From Oculina patagonica (lineage: Eukaryota), in NCBI RefSeq assembly GCF_052425735.1, contig NC_135767.1:23126001-23190000 (forward strand): a stretch of 64,000 nt of DNA, written 5' to 3'. Position 1 is the first letter of the stretch; every line of letters starts with the position of its first letter. Of the stretch, positions 25,422-38,391 are shown one piece after another. Both the position numbers and the translations under genes were made by a program. The notes below the pieces were generated by a model that worked only from the letters and a program-made list of their open reading frames with translations, searched no databases and was not told where the DNA came from.

Positions 25422-26457
25422 TTAGACGTAGAGAGCATAAACATCGCAGCAGACTCTCCCTGCATTGTCAGCCTCGTACCAATCCACCGAATCTTCACCA
25501 TACCAGAGGCGTAGCTGCTGACCCGAGGCCACCGAGTAAGGGGAGAAAAACGGCAGGACAATCTCAGGAGACATGGAGTTATATCCGGGAATCTCAGACC
25601 ACTTTCCACCACCAACATGTGTAAAGAACTGACTCAGCGGCACAATGATGTGATTGCTTGATGTTGTTATGACAACGTTAACATGATTTTTTAAGTAGGT
25701 ATGGCTGCCACATCCCCAGAAAGAGTAGTGGTGGACGCTGGTAGTGGAACATGACACGTAACCGCTCAGGTGGACCAGTTTAAAGCCTGCAATCTTGCCA
25801 CCATAAGGGACATTGAAACTGCCATACTGGTTATCCTTCGCACCAAAACACACTGGACGGGAATTCAGTTTGAGCCAGGGATCTATGACATGAAGGGAAC
25901 AGAAAATAAGAATGAAAAATTTAAATATCATTAAATAGTAAAAATTAATCTCGGCATTCTCGATGGCGTTCTTCCCGTTGTTTAAAGGAGCTACGTCACG
26001 AGGATTACCTCAGGTTTGACGCGAAATAGTGGCGGCAACAACCCAGAACCAGCACAAGGAAGAAAAGCAGAGGAAATCACATTTTTTTATAAATATCTAT
26101 TTTTGTGAAGACACACCGAAACAACTTGAAAGTTTAGCCTCGATTTTTAAGCTGCAATCCATTTCCATCCCAGCCATCCACAGCCAAAGAGGTACGCTTG
26201 TAAGCAGTTTCATTGTTCTAATATAGATATTGATAATAAGAGTGGACCATTATTTTCAAGTTTTCTACGACACAAATATAAATTTTGGCTGTTTTCTATC
26301 TTCCACGTTGCCCGCCTTCTTTAGACGTTTTCTTGCCTAAATTAAACTTATACAGTTTTTTTTTTCAAAATCTTTAGCAAATCTTACCCGATTTTGCAGT
26401 GCACGTGGAAGAGATTGCCACCACCATCATAACCCCCAAAATCAACTTGAAGTCCAA
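25422..26457 (-). CDS. AJLec-like lectin, copy C; peptidase-type signal exon whose start codon reads TTG
   Basis: Exon 26457-26388 (TTG)DFKLILGVMMVVAISSTCTAKS with phase-1 GTAAG donor; exon 25882-25422 DPWLKLNSRPVCFGAK...RLWYGEDSVDWYEADNAGRVCCDVYALYV*. First in-frame ATG is at 26430. Confidence 0.7.
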
Positions 26458-27555
26458 AATTTGTTAACACCAACTGGAAATTGAAATAAACTACAATAAC
26501 AAGATAAATAAGATGAGATTTTCGGAAGGGAATGTTGAGGGATGTCTTGTCTTTGCCGCCTACAAGAAAATTTGTAGAATATGGCATGCAGCGGGTAGAG
26601 AATTCAGCTAGATATCAAGTTCCTGGCTCTTCAAAGGATACTTAAAGTTGACCTCATAATGCTTGATAAAGTCATCAATATCCATTCTAACATTCAGTTG
26701 TTTTCCAATCGAGCTCTCAAGAAAGTGTGGCTAAGGGATTTATTTCTTTTAAAATAGCTAGAACAAGTATATAGGTAGCAATGATTACACAGAAGCATTC
26801 CTCAAAAACGCGTCAATTCAAAATAAAAGGAAAATTATTTTCCAAGTGCCTGTTTGCGTCACGTATTACAGTGGAGCATTTTACGGCTTTCAGAATATTT
26901 CGCTGACAATGCTTAACAATAACTCTTATTAATGCCTTATATATAACTTACCTTTCAATGAGCTAAGCGCCTGTTTGAGCTGAAACGTAAAAGAAAAAAA
27001 AAGGAATATCGAATATATCAGATGTATCATCGAAAGGTTGAAAAAAATTAACCAAAAAAACTACATGCTTACTTGTCGCTCTTCAAAACTGAATGAGTTT
27101 CCTCCTTGAACAGCGATCGAATTTGTTCGCTAGAACGTTTTTTTTTCTTTGTGGATCTGTCCAATGGCATAAGCTCAAACTTATGGGCACGTTTTGTTTT
27201 CCAAGCGTGGTTCAAATAAATATAATCATGCGTATGTGTCTTTGTGATGTTTAACCTGAGCAAAGACAAACGACAACAGACAAATTAAAAGGCCTTTGCT
27301 AAAATGTACGTGTCTATAGAACAAAAAATCTACTAGAAGCGATTTTCTAGTGAGATTAAATTCGCTAACAACTGACTTCATTCTTTCCTCAATTCTCATT
27401 ATACGAAACATAAATGCTAGAAAAGACTGATTTAAAGAACAATAAATTTTATTAAGAGGGCTATTGTCAGAATTCGAACTTGCCTTCTTTTTGACAACGT
27501 TGAGAACAGTCCGCCTGTGTTTATCAACCGAAATTGAGCGTTCTAATTGCTTTAA

Positions 27556-27874
27556 GCCCCATTTACCGCGCGCGCCGGCCCCCCGACGGCACACCCCCGA
27601 CCGGGCCGGACGACCGCCCCCGCGAGAAAATGGCGGGTGCGGGGACGAGGCGACAAGAGTGTGGGGGGAGAGGAGGACGAAACGAGAGAGAGATGGCCGA
27701 GGAGGTGGAAGGGCACGGCGAGAGCGGGCCCGGGCCCCCGCCGCGCGACGAGTCCGGGGGGACGGGCCGCGGAACCGCGCGTACCGCGCGCCGGCGGCCC
27801 GAGGGGCCGGGGGCCTGGGGACCGCGTCGAGGAAGGCGGAGGGCGGCAAGCCGGCGGCCGGCGCGGAATGGGGT
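27556..27874. mobile_element. GC-rich TTAA-flanked insertion with imperfect TIRs
   Basis: TTAA|GCCCCATTTACCGCGCGCGCCGGCC ... GGCCGGCGCGGAATGGGGT|TTAA; it interrupts a block that is continuous at 12130-12170 and 35920-35955. Confidence 0.55.
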
Positions 27875-29615
27875 TTAATTAATTAAACGAGGAGTTTCAA
27901 ACCAGGCTGTGTTTATTTTCTCACTCTTGTTAGCAATGCTATTAGTTATAAAGATTTTTAAGTTCCATTTATTTGTCAAATGGAATTTCATCATCCTAAT
28001 TTATGTGCAAGTTCACATTATTTTCCCTTTAAACAGCACGTCCGCAAAAATAAACTAAGTCATTGAGAATATTTTAAACCCTGATGATGACAACACGTCG
28101 AAAACGTTCGGTTCCTTTTTAAATTTTTTTATTTTTTTCCTTTTAAATTACTTTTTTACCTTTTTAGCGAACATTTACAATACCTGTAGTTTCAAAATTG
28201 TGTAAGAGTTTTTATATTTCCTTCGTAAAAGAATATTATAGTCTTACAGCGTATGGGCTAAGCACGGCCCTTTATAAATATACAGTTGATTCTCGATAAC
28301 TCGAACCCTCAATAACTCGAACTTTTGCTAACTTGAACCTTTTTCGATTTCCCTCCAGGTAATTTTCTTACTAGTTTTACCCTCGATAACTCGAACATTT
28401 TTCTTTCCCTTAAAGGTTCGAGTTGTCAGGATTATCGATATGAGCACTAGCGAAACACTGTTGTGTAGTAATTAAAATTTGCAGCCTCAACTGGATAAAA
28501 ACCCAAGTCTTAGCTAGCACGAAAACAGATTATAACATAGCTAGCAAAGCCGCGCAATCAAATTCAGTATACGTAAGCGTGCTCAAAATCCCGATAGTGC
28601 ACGCTGATGACGTAATCGACGAGTGAAAATCTCTCTCAAACGCTGTCTTTTGCGAAAGCGATGACATCTTATCTTCGGAATATGGAAAGTGAATCCTCTT
28701 AATATTTTTTCAAGGATACGAGCTACAAGGTAAGCTGTTTCTTATTGCGAAACGGAGAGCAAAAGAGAAAATATTAAAATTCGATTTTGCCATCAAAGTT
28801 GTTTGTGTGCTTTTCTTCATTCAAACAACAACAACTAAAGCGCGAGTCTCGAACGACAAAAATCATTTTTTTTTCACGGCCCTAACGTGGAAGAATGGGC
28901 CAACCATGAATGACAACAGTTCGATGACACTAAAACCTAGCTATCGAACGAAAGTTTTCGCGTTTTAAGCGTTACACCAAAGCGTCAACGGCTCTGTTGT
29001 GATTTTTGCCGCTCGGGGAAAAAATTATTCATGGGCGACTCATTCAGCTACCGTTTTGAAAAGAAAAACGTTTATTTTCATCACGACCCTAATTCTGCAA
29101 CCACGAATGAAATCGGTCCAGAAAAATACTAAAAACTAAGCATGGAACCGAATCGAATTCTTTGACTCTTTTAACCCTCGGAATCTGCTCGGCTGTTCGA
29201 GGCTGTCGGTTTTGTTTTAATTTTCTTCCGCTCTTGAGTAAAAATTTAATTCAGCGAACACTTACCTCAGAATCAAAAGCAGCATATGCTGCATTTGCTG
29301 TTTTCGTCAGGTTTTTTCCTTCGCTCTGCCATCGAATTTACTTAGTCAATTTATTAGCAATTTGACCCAAACTGCACCACTTGTGTAAACTTGTGTATAA
29401 TTTAACGCTCGACCGCTCAGTTAGTTTTTATTCCCGAGGCCGGTTTTGATGCACAATTCCACCGGCAATGTTATAAAACAATTGGTTCATCCTTTTTGCT
29501 GTGCACTATTTGTTAAATAATACATAGTGTATGTATTGTTTCGGAAACAAAGAACAACTGAACTTGGTTAAGTTTTCTTTTTATGTTTTATTTTGATAAA
29601 AATATTTAAACTTTT

Positions 29616-29767
29616 AAAATACAAATAGCGCCTAATACTACTGTAAAAATTCTTCTTCTAAAAATCCTAGCTTTCGCGTTCATCAGGGATGATGCCGTAG
29701 AACTGCGAAAGCTAGGATTTTAAGAATAAGAATTTTTACAGTAGTTTTTAGGCCAGATTTGTATTTT
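29616..29767. repeat. Imperfect ~65-bp-arm hairpin
   Basis: actactgtaaaaattcttcttctaaaaatcctagctttcgc ... gcgaaagctaggattttaagaataagaatttttacagtagt. Confidence 0.7.
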
Positions 29768-31597
29768 GCTAGTTAGGTTCATTAGTTTGGATTTCAACTC
29801 TCGATCTTGATCACCAGCTGAGTCGCTTGATCACGAATGTCCTGTGTGATTTATGTGTTTGTTTGTCAAATTAACGCTAATGGACTCTAAGTGGTTTTTT
29901 TCGTTTGTTTGTTATTGCCTATTAACGGATTTTCTAAAGAGGAACAGCTGAGTTCTATGTTGTGTATTTTCCAGTCCACGATCATGACGACTCATTTGCT
30001 AGGGAGTAAAAACTGCGCCATTTTTGACCCATTTGACCCAAGTGTTTATGAGTGCTGGGTGATAAATGTGTTTGTTCATCACATTAATGCAAATGAACCT
30101 AAGTGGTCCTTTGACTTATATTTGTTATTGCTATTTTAAAATTTGTTAAAGCCAAGAAACAGCTGGACCTATATTGTGTAGTCTAAAACCATGACAGTTT
30201 GCTAAGATTTTGCGCGCCAACTGCGATATTTGATCGTGAACGCTTGAGTTACGTGTGATTAATGTGTATGGCTGTCATATCAACGCAAACAAACTCTTAG
30301 TGATGCTATATCTTCTGTTTGTTTATTGCCTTACTTGAATTTGTAAAAAATTAATGGTTATGGTTAATTTTCAAGCGAATTTTCACAGTCATTCAAAAGG
30401 ATACCGATATAAGCAAGAAATATGTGCATTCTTGTAAATACAAAATCAAGCCTCAACTAGAACTAGAGCTTAGTAACTATACGTGAAATACGAAAAGAAT
30501 ACAAATTGTGCTTTGTGCAAATTTCTACTCAACCACTTTACATTCCCGTTAGAATATCGTTTCTCAGCTCATTATTATGTCATTTTATTAATTTCTGTTC
30601 GCTAAGTGTGCTTTGCGGCCAACGCGGTCATTTCAGGAAATGGATTCAAATTGCTTTTTTCTCTCCCCAATGCCCGAGTATAAAATATAGATTCTGTACG
30701 TCAACAACTAAAAGTATGGCTCAGTATGAAATATGACCGACTTTGAACGTGGATTTAGTTTTGCCATTTTCTTCTTCGCCGAATATATAAGCATTTTTTT
30801 TATTACTTATTACGTTGAAGGATCTAAGCAGTTTATCTTGTTATCAGGTTTTCTTTAATGAAGTTAAATACACATATAAACAAAATAAAGCGTCGCAGCC
30901 TGCTCTTTTCACCTTTTCAATTAAAAAAAAAGTTAGTTCAAATTGCTTGGCCGACATAAGAAGAATGTGAGAAAATTTACCAGTTGCAAATTTTGTGGCC
31001 ACTGATGATAAAGTAGCGTTATCAAAAGTTTGAAAAACTTAGACTTAGACTTAAATTTTCTTAGACTTGGCTCTGTGTTAATGACGTTTTTGTTCTCATC
31101 ACATCTCCGCTTGAAATGCATCGTATGATTGCAATGATATGAAATGACAGTTATGCTGGGACTATAATTCCAATCAAACTCAAAACTTCTAATAACTTAT
31201 TTGATTCTTTTTTGTATAAGTACGGGGCAATGACGACAGAAGAAACAACTCTTTCCATTTATGCTTTAAGTTTATTTTTATTCGTGTAAAACTCCCTTAT
31301 TTTTGTCCATTCTGTTTTAGGGTATTGCTATACAATCAATGAGTTCAGACACAGTTTTCTCTAACTTTGTTACCCAAAGTAGACGTTTCTATACCTTTAA
31401 TTTAATAAACCAACAACGATGAAATTTTGAACTTTCTCTATCACCTCAAACTAGCTATAGCAAAATCTTGAAATAAAGTATTATTAAAATTAATCAATGC
31501 CTTAATTAAGTACCATAGCTAGAATTCGAATTACAGTGATAAGCGAAATCAGGAATCTGCTTGTAGCTTTTCGGTTGAAATCTGGCCATGGATCAGA

Positions 31598-34508
31598 TCA
31601 GACATACAGCAGCCAGACGTCAGCGCAAACTCTGCCTCCGTTGTCGTGTTCAGTGTAATTCACCAAATCTTCACCATACCACACGCGGTACTGGTGGCCC
31701 CGGTGGATGTAAAAGGGGCTGGAGAAGCGTGACTGGACAATCTCAGGGGAAAATGCGTTGTATCCGGGGATTTTGGCCCACTTTCCGGCACTATGAGCGA
31801 ACTGCATGAACTGGCTTGGCGGCAAAAGGATGTAATTGGATGTTGTTGTTATGACAACATTAGTGAGATCCCTCAAGCCCCAACCACAGCCCCAGAAAGA
31901 CCAGTTGTTAGGATTGGCAGTATGACAGGACACGAAACCATACAAGTGAACAAGTTTCACGGCGGCCACTCTTCCGCTTACTGGAGCGTAGAATCTGCCA
32001 TACTGGGTATTCCTGGTGCCAAAACACACTGGAGACGAATTCGCCTTTCGCCAGAAAGCTAAAAGAAACACAGAGGAATACAGTTATATTAAGATATTAA
32101 TTAAAAATACAGTTAAAACTCGCAAGTAATAACCTAACATTTAAGAACCTGTTAGGCTAAAATTTGCAAATTATAATTAGATACCATTTTTATAAGAACC
32201 CATTTAGCCTAAAATTTGGAAACAGGTTCTCAATTTCTAAAATTGATTAAAAACGTTTACTTCTGGGAAATATGATATGATTATTGCTTCATTTTCACAT
32301 AAACACTATGTGGTATGCAAATTTTATACAAGAAAAAGGCCGAATACCACTAAGATCTCTATAACAATATTGAAATTTTTTCTTCAGAAATTAAGAACCT
32401 ATTAAGAACCTAATAAGCCTAAATTTGCGTCAATAACCCTTTATGTAAGAACATGTTTAGGCTAACCTGAAAAACAATAGGTTCTTACTCGCGGGTTTTT
32501 ACTGTACTCATTTGGCAATAAAGAAAACAGCAGCAGCAACAACAACAACACTTATAACATGCTACTACTATAATAACTTTCATGTCTTTTATAGACTCTT
32601 CAGTCCAGGGCATTATAGGGTTGTTAAAGTTTAAAGGCAAACTTTTCTTACGAATACTTCCTGAGTATTTGAAAGTTAACGAGCTTCTAAAAGGAACTAG
32701 AACAACTAACAACTACTTCGGCAGAGGCACGGTGGATTAAAGGGATGGCGGAACCGGGGGGGCTGGGGGGCTTTAGCCCCCCCCCCCACCGAAAAAATTA
32801 AGACTTACTAAGAGAAGAGTCTCTTAAGCCCCCCACTTCAAGTCACTAGTCAGCCCCCCCCCCCCCCCCCACCTGGAAGAATGTTCCGCCGTCCCTGGCC
32901 GGTCGAACATTGTGTCGCCATAAGCTTTCTACATAAAGTTATTTTTGCAATTTTTGAAATAAATAATTAGGAATCATTTGCTAACAAATCTTACACAAGA
33001 TAAAACTCTTCTAGGGGTTTTCAAAGAATTATCATTATTGTATCTGGAGTCTGCGATGACTTTTTGAAAAGATAAACAAATAAATCAATTAGAAGTTCTT
33101 TACTCAGCGTGATAATTTTAGAAGCAATTATACACCAGTACTTAGGCTATTCGGAAAACAAACGACAAACACATTAAATCGGAAGTACTCGCGAGTTTTT
33201 CTATCGCTGTTTCACCAAAAATCCGTCTACAAATTGTTTTAAATAAAACAAGATGTATTATGGATCGTGAAAAAAGGAATTGGACAAATACACAACTTAA
33301 CAAACCATTCCAGCGTATAACATTAATCGTTCTTCAACGAGAAGCGCATTCGGTTTTGAACAGCGAGAAGTAAGTAATGCAGAAACTCCAGCATAAGTTT
33401 GAAGTCGTTGCTTTTGAGGGATTCTTCATCCGCTTTGATGCTATTATATCTAACTCGATTTTTCTTCTGTTCTGACAACGTTTTAGGTTTTTCGTGCTCT
33501 ATCAATCCAATCCCTTCTCAGTGAAAAAGGAAAAAAGACGACTGACACAATTACTAAGAAAACTTAGAACAAAGGCTTTTTACGGACGTAATTTCTTTAT
33601 AGTTACAGCAGTTAGTTGGTATAGGTTTTCGATATTTTAAATTAATAAGGAAAAAAATCAGTACACAAAAGCTTTATATGATACATCTTAAGGGCCGTAA
33701 CTAGCAAGAGGCAAGACGAGGCGCGTGCCTCGTCTAAATCTTTACGGCCATCGATCATTCGATGAATTGGAGTGGAACAAACTTTAATTGTTTTGAACTA
33801 ACAACTACAGTAGAACCCCGGTAAATTGAACTTTGAAGGGAAACGAAAAACAGTTCGAGTTAGCGGGATTTAATTTCGAGTTATCGGGGTCGTTTGAATA
33901 TTCAATTCAGTGCCGTGTTAACAATTGATAGTTTACTGATTTTTCAGCACTTCAGTACACAAGCAGTGCAAATTAAACTTATCTCGTCAGAAACTCTAAC
34001 ACAATCATACATGTTTATGTTATAAGAGTGGAAAATGACTTTAAAATACGTGATCTATTCATTTCTCTAACTAAAATCAAACTGCTTTAGTGCTAGTTTT
34101 GTTTTAGTGTTTAAATCCGATAACATGACAAGGAGAGCTAATGGAATATTTAAATGGGCATCCGTGGCGAGTTGTAAGAGCCAGGATTCGAGTTATCGGG
34201 GGTACCCAAAGTTTGATCAAGGGAAACGAAATTTAGTTCGAGTTAGCGGGGTTTTCGAGTTACCCAGGTTAAAGTAAAACGAGTAAAAATGACTGAAAAG
34301 TGGAGTCAAATCCAAGGGAAATGGAAGTTAGTTCAAGTTAGCGGGGTTGTTCGAGTTATCCGAGTTCGAGTTACCGGGGTTCTACTATACTAGCAGAATA
34401 AAGAAGATACTAGAAATAAATATCTCTATATTATTTACCTGCTTGTGTTTGTGGGAAGGTCACAGCAAGAAAAATCACCAGAAAGCAGATGATTGTCTTC
34501 AGTTTCAT
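31598..34508 (-). CDS. AJLec-like secreted lectin, copy D, 176 aa
   Basis: Signal exon 34508-34439 MKLKTIICFLVIFLAVTFPQTQA (phase 1) spliced to 32058-31598 AFWRKANSSPVCFG...RVWYGEDLVNYTEHDNGGRVCADVWLLYV*. Confidence 0.8.
32740..32897. mobile_element. Short MITE with G/C runs
   Basis: AGGGATGGCGGAAC ... GTTCCGCCGTCCCT inverted ends. Confidence 0.6.
32920..33510 (+). repeat. Inverted duplicate of the copy-D upstream region (35215-35765) inside the copy-D intron
   Basis: Reverse complement of 33270-33510 aligns to 35215-35445, and that of 32920-33145 aligns to 35500-35765. Confidence 0.8.
33808..34387. mobile_element. Tc1/pogo (Tigger-like) MITE
   Basis: TA|CAGTAGAACCCCGGTAA ... TTACCGGGGTTCTACTA|TA with repeated TTCGAGTTA motifs; a related fragment lies at 28283-28430. 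Confidence 0.7.
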
Positions 34509-34942
34509 TTTGAAGATGACCTAAAATGAATATAAAGATTTACATTGAAAATCGCCCTGCCATTGCCACTAGGTTATTGAGTAGTTTTTGTAATCTATTT
34601 GACGTTTTAACGCCATTTCAATAGGTTCCTTTGGACTCGACCAAGACCTTTAAAAAGAGTTGTAATCGGAGGCGTAATTGGTAAAGGTTTCGTTTCTCTA
34701 AGTCCCCCACTTTTGCTACCAAATCGCATGTCCGACTTTTACTGAGATAAAAGTTGAAAGTGGAATGGAAATGTTTTTTTTTTTTACTTTTCTGTTCACA
34801 CGGAAGATGTATCATATAAAGCCTTTTGTCTACTGATAAAAAAAAAAGATTTTTTCCTCTTATTTAAAATATCGAAAACCAACTAACTGCTCTACCTATA
34901 AAGAAAGTACGTCCGTAAAAAGACTTTGTTTTGAGTTTTCTT

Positions 34943-35084
34943 AAGGCTGGTTCTCATATGATCGCCCCGATCGTCTCTGTCGCTTCTGTCGTTTGCAATG
35001 TCTGAGGTGATTGGAGCAAGCAAACTTTTTGAAGCGACAGAAGCGACAGAGACGATCGGGACGATCATATGAGAACCAGGCTTT
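34943..35084. mobile_element. Palindromic MITE
   Basis: ctggttctcatatgatcg.cccgatcgtctctgtcgcttctgtcg ... cgacagaagcgacagagacgatcgggacgatcatatgagaaccag. Confidence 0.75.
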
Positions 35085-36214
35085 AGTTTCTCTTCGACGC
35101 AGTCGGGCGTTTGTGACAGTCCTTTTTCTTTTTTCCTTTTTCACCGAGAAGGGAGAACACTTAAAATCAGCGAGGTTATATTAAAAATCACTCACCTTTA
35201 CTTAAATCAGCACTTGGATTGATAGAGCGCACAAAAGCTAAAACGTTGTCAGAACAGAAGAGAAAATCGAGTTAGATATAGCATCAAAGCGGATGAAGAA
35301 TCCCTCAAAAGCAACGACTTCAAATTTATGCTGGAGTTTCTTCAATACTTACTTCTCGCTGTTCAAAACTGAATGTGCTTCTCGTTGAAGAGCGATCAAT
35401 GTTAAACGATGGAATGGTTTGTTTACTTGTGCATTTGTCCAATAGGATAAAGTCACGATTTCTTCATTAAATGTGTTTATCAAGTTTTGTTTTCTCAGCG
35501 TAAGTACTGGTGTATAATTGCTTCTAAAATTATTACCGCCTGAGTAAAGAACTTCAACTTTAATTTATTTGTTTATCTATTACAAAAGTCATCGTAGACT
35601 CCAGGTTCAACAGAAAGCAATAAATCTTTGAATGCCTACAAAAGTTTTATCTTGTGTGAGATTTGTTAACAAGTGATTTCTAATTATTTCAAAAGCTTCG
35701 CTAGGAAATTATCAGACCTTGTAACAAGAATTGTTATCCGATTATAATTTTTATGTAGAAGGTTGATTAGATAAAAAAAAATAATGACATGATCTTTGCC
35801 GCTCTTTGTGAAAACTTAGCTAAAGTTATAATTTGAGCAATCCATTAAACTGTCAGAACTTCTTTCTGACAACTCTGAGCACATGGTGCCTGTGTTTATT
35901 AACCAAGATTAAACCTGTATAATTGCTTTTAAGGAGGACTTTGCAAACAGGCTTTGTTTATAAACCTGACTCCACATCCTCTATTTTATCCAAGAATTGT
36001 CATTCTCAAGTCACGCAAATCTTTTGTTCTATAGAAAAAAAGTTGAGTCCGTTTTTGTCTTGTTTTGTTACACGGCTTGAATGTAGTTGTTCGTCGTAAC
36101 ATTCTTATTTCTTTTTGTGAATGTTAATCAACACGTCCACAACCGGTAAAATATTCATTATGAGAATATAAAAATAAAGTAATAAATTACCTCTATTTAG
36201 ACACGTTGAGGATT

Positions 36215-36433
36215 AAATCTATAAGCTTGTGGGGCCGTGCATTCCCGATCGAATTGGAATTTGGAAGTGTTGGTTTTTGTGGAGGGAGGAAAACCGGAGA
36301 ACCCGGTGAAAAACTTGGAGTAAGGACAAGAACCGATAACAAACTCAACCCACACTTGACGCCGAGTCCGGGAATCGAACCCGGGCCACATTGGGGGGCG
36401 AGCGCTCTCACCACTGCGCCATCCCTGCTCCCC
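36215..36433 (-). repeat. tRNA-derived SINE, near full length
   Basis: A-box TGGCGCAGTGG and B-box GGTTCGATTCC, then gggttgagtttgtt...ccgggttctccggttttcctccctcc...ccaaattccaattcgatc. Confidence 0.75.
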
Positions 36434-37460
36434 TTTATATAATACCTAAAAATTGTGCAAGTACAAGTTATAACTGATATTTCTTTCCTTATGGAGTAAG
36501 ATGTTCGCACAGAGTGTATGAGCCAAACACGGTTGTTAAATGGAGGTACATGTAAGACCGGAACAATAGATTAAAATAAAAATAGCCTGTTTTATCATGA
36601 ATGTTTGCGTTCTAAGCAATGGATTGTTTTCTTTATGGATTTGATCTTCTGTTTGTATGACCATTATCCTGAATTTGTTTAAGACGACCAGCTGAGTTAC
36701 ATATAGATAATTTTTGTTTACAATCATGACAGTTTCTGCCAACTGCCTCCTTTGGTCACGAATGTACATGTGTGAGTTTTGTGTGTATGATGTGTAAAAA
36801 AGTGAATGTTTGAAGTGTTTGTCATTCGCTTTACTTAACTTCAAGACAGTTTGTAAGTTTTAGTTTTTTCCAGGGCTTGAATCGGGGACCTCCGTTTTAT
36901 AACAGTAACGTTCTAAACCACTCGGCCACGCTGTTTCCAACCGGCGTGAGCGTGTTTGTTTGTCATATCAAAGCAAGTGGACCTAAGCGGTTCTTAATTG
37001 TCTGTCAGTATTGCATTGCTTGAATTTGTTTAAAGCGAGCAGCTGAGATCATGTTGTTTAATTTACAGTCCACAAACATGACACTAGCTGCAAGGCTTTG
37101 CACGCTAGCTGTATAATTTGATCACAAATGTTTGAATTCTAACTGGATTAAGTAAGTTATAAACATGTATAACCATAGGCATTAAATTTTCAAAAAGTGA
37201 CAAGAATTTTGTTTCTATATAAGATGAAATTCCCTGGTTGACTTTCTTTTATCTCCCCACGTATTGCTTTATTGAAATTAGATACGAAAATATGAATTTT
37301 GATCACTTCTGGGAGCAGAAAGTTTACGCTTTTGCCTGGGGAAATGATCTGAAGCAATTTTTGACTTGAAAAGAATTAAATAGCGAAAAGAAATTGCTGG
37401 AACTTCGACTGTGTTCAAAGTCACTGATATAGATTTTTGCTAGGGGAAATTAGATGTTAA

Positions 37461-37823
37461 AGGGACACTGTCATGGGGACTTCAATGCTTTTCGGTAAAA
37501 GGTACTAAACTGATTGGCGAATATGTCTCCGTACAGGAAATGAACCTAGTACATCAACTGATTGGTATATAAGGTAAATTGCCGTTGAAGGAAGAAGGGA
37601 GCCATAATAACTTTTAGGTGTTTTTCCAGTCCACAAGGACAAAACTTAAAAAAAATCAGCCTGACTTTTTCAAGTTGAGATTTAAAGTTTCTGATGGCAT
37701 CACAATAATTTCACTTGTTTCGCTTCAGTACAGTTGCTTGGTGATGTTTAACAAAATTGGACCACTATTTCGTAGTTTCCATATGTCTTTAGAAATTGAA
37801 GTGAAACTGGTGACAGTGTCCCT
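37461..37823. mobile_element. Kolobok-like MITE
   Basis: TTAA|AGGGACACTGTCA ... TGACAGTGTCCCT|TTAA. Confidence 0.75.
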
Positions 37824-38391
37824 TTAATCGATTTAAGGAATCAAATGTTTATATCACACAGTTATGATGATGTTCACCTATGTGGCTTTTGCCATATAAT
37901 CATGGCAATCATGGTTCCAATCAAACTCTTAACTTTTGCCAACTTGTTTGAACCTTTTTGTTTCAGTGATAGTAAAAAATGTAAGTAGGAGGCGAACACA
38001 CGACAGCAAAAAAAACAAACAAACAAACAAACAAAACAAACGAACAAACAACTCTGTATTTATGTCTTGTGTTTATTTCTTTTTGTGTGAAACTCCCTTA
38101 TTTAGGTCCATTCTCATTAACAGTATTGCTATAAAATCAGTGAGTTGAGCCACAGTTATTTTTCTAACTTGGTAAACCCAGCATACTCTTAACACAAATA
38201 AACCAAGAACGATGAAATTTTGAAATTTCTCTATCACCTCAAACTAGGTATAGCAAAAATGTCTAAATTAAGCATTATTACCATTCATCAAGCTCTTAAT
38301 TACCCCAGCTAGAACGCGAATTAAAATTAATGATAAACAAAATCAGAAAACTGCCTGAAGCTTTTCAGTGGACATCTGTCTATGGATCAGA

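Noticed and set aside
27226-27886. Overlapping Arg/Gly/Pro-rich ORFs
   Set aside because: A by-product of stop-codon scarcity in the GC-rich insert; no domain-like content.
36300-36433. tRNA genes here and at ~56970 and ~61380
   Set aside because: A- and B-boxes are present but there is no complete cloverleaf, and the sequence continues into SINE or repeat bodies.
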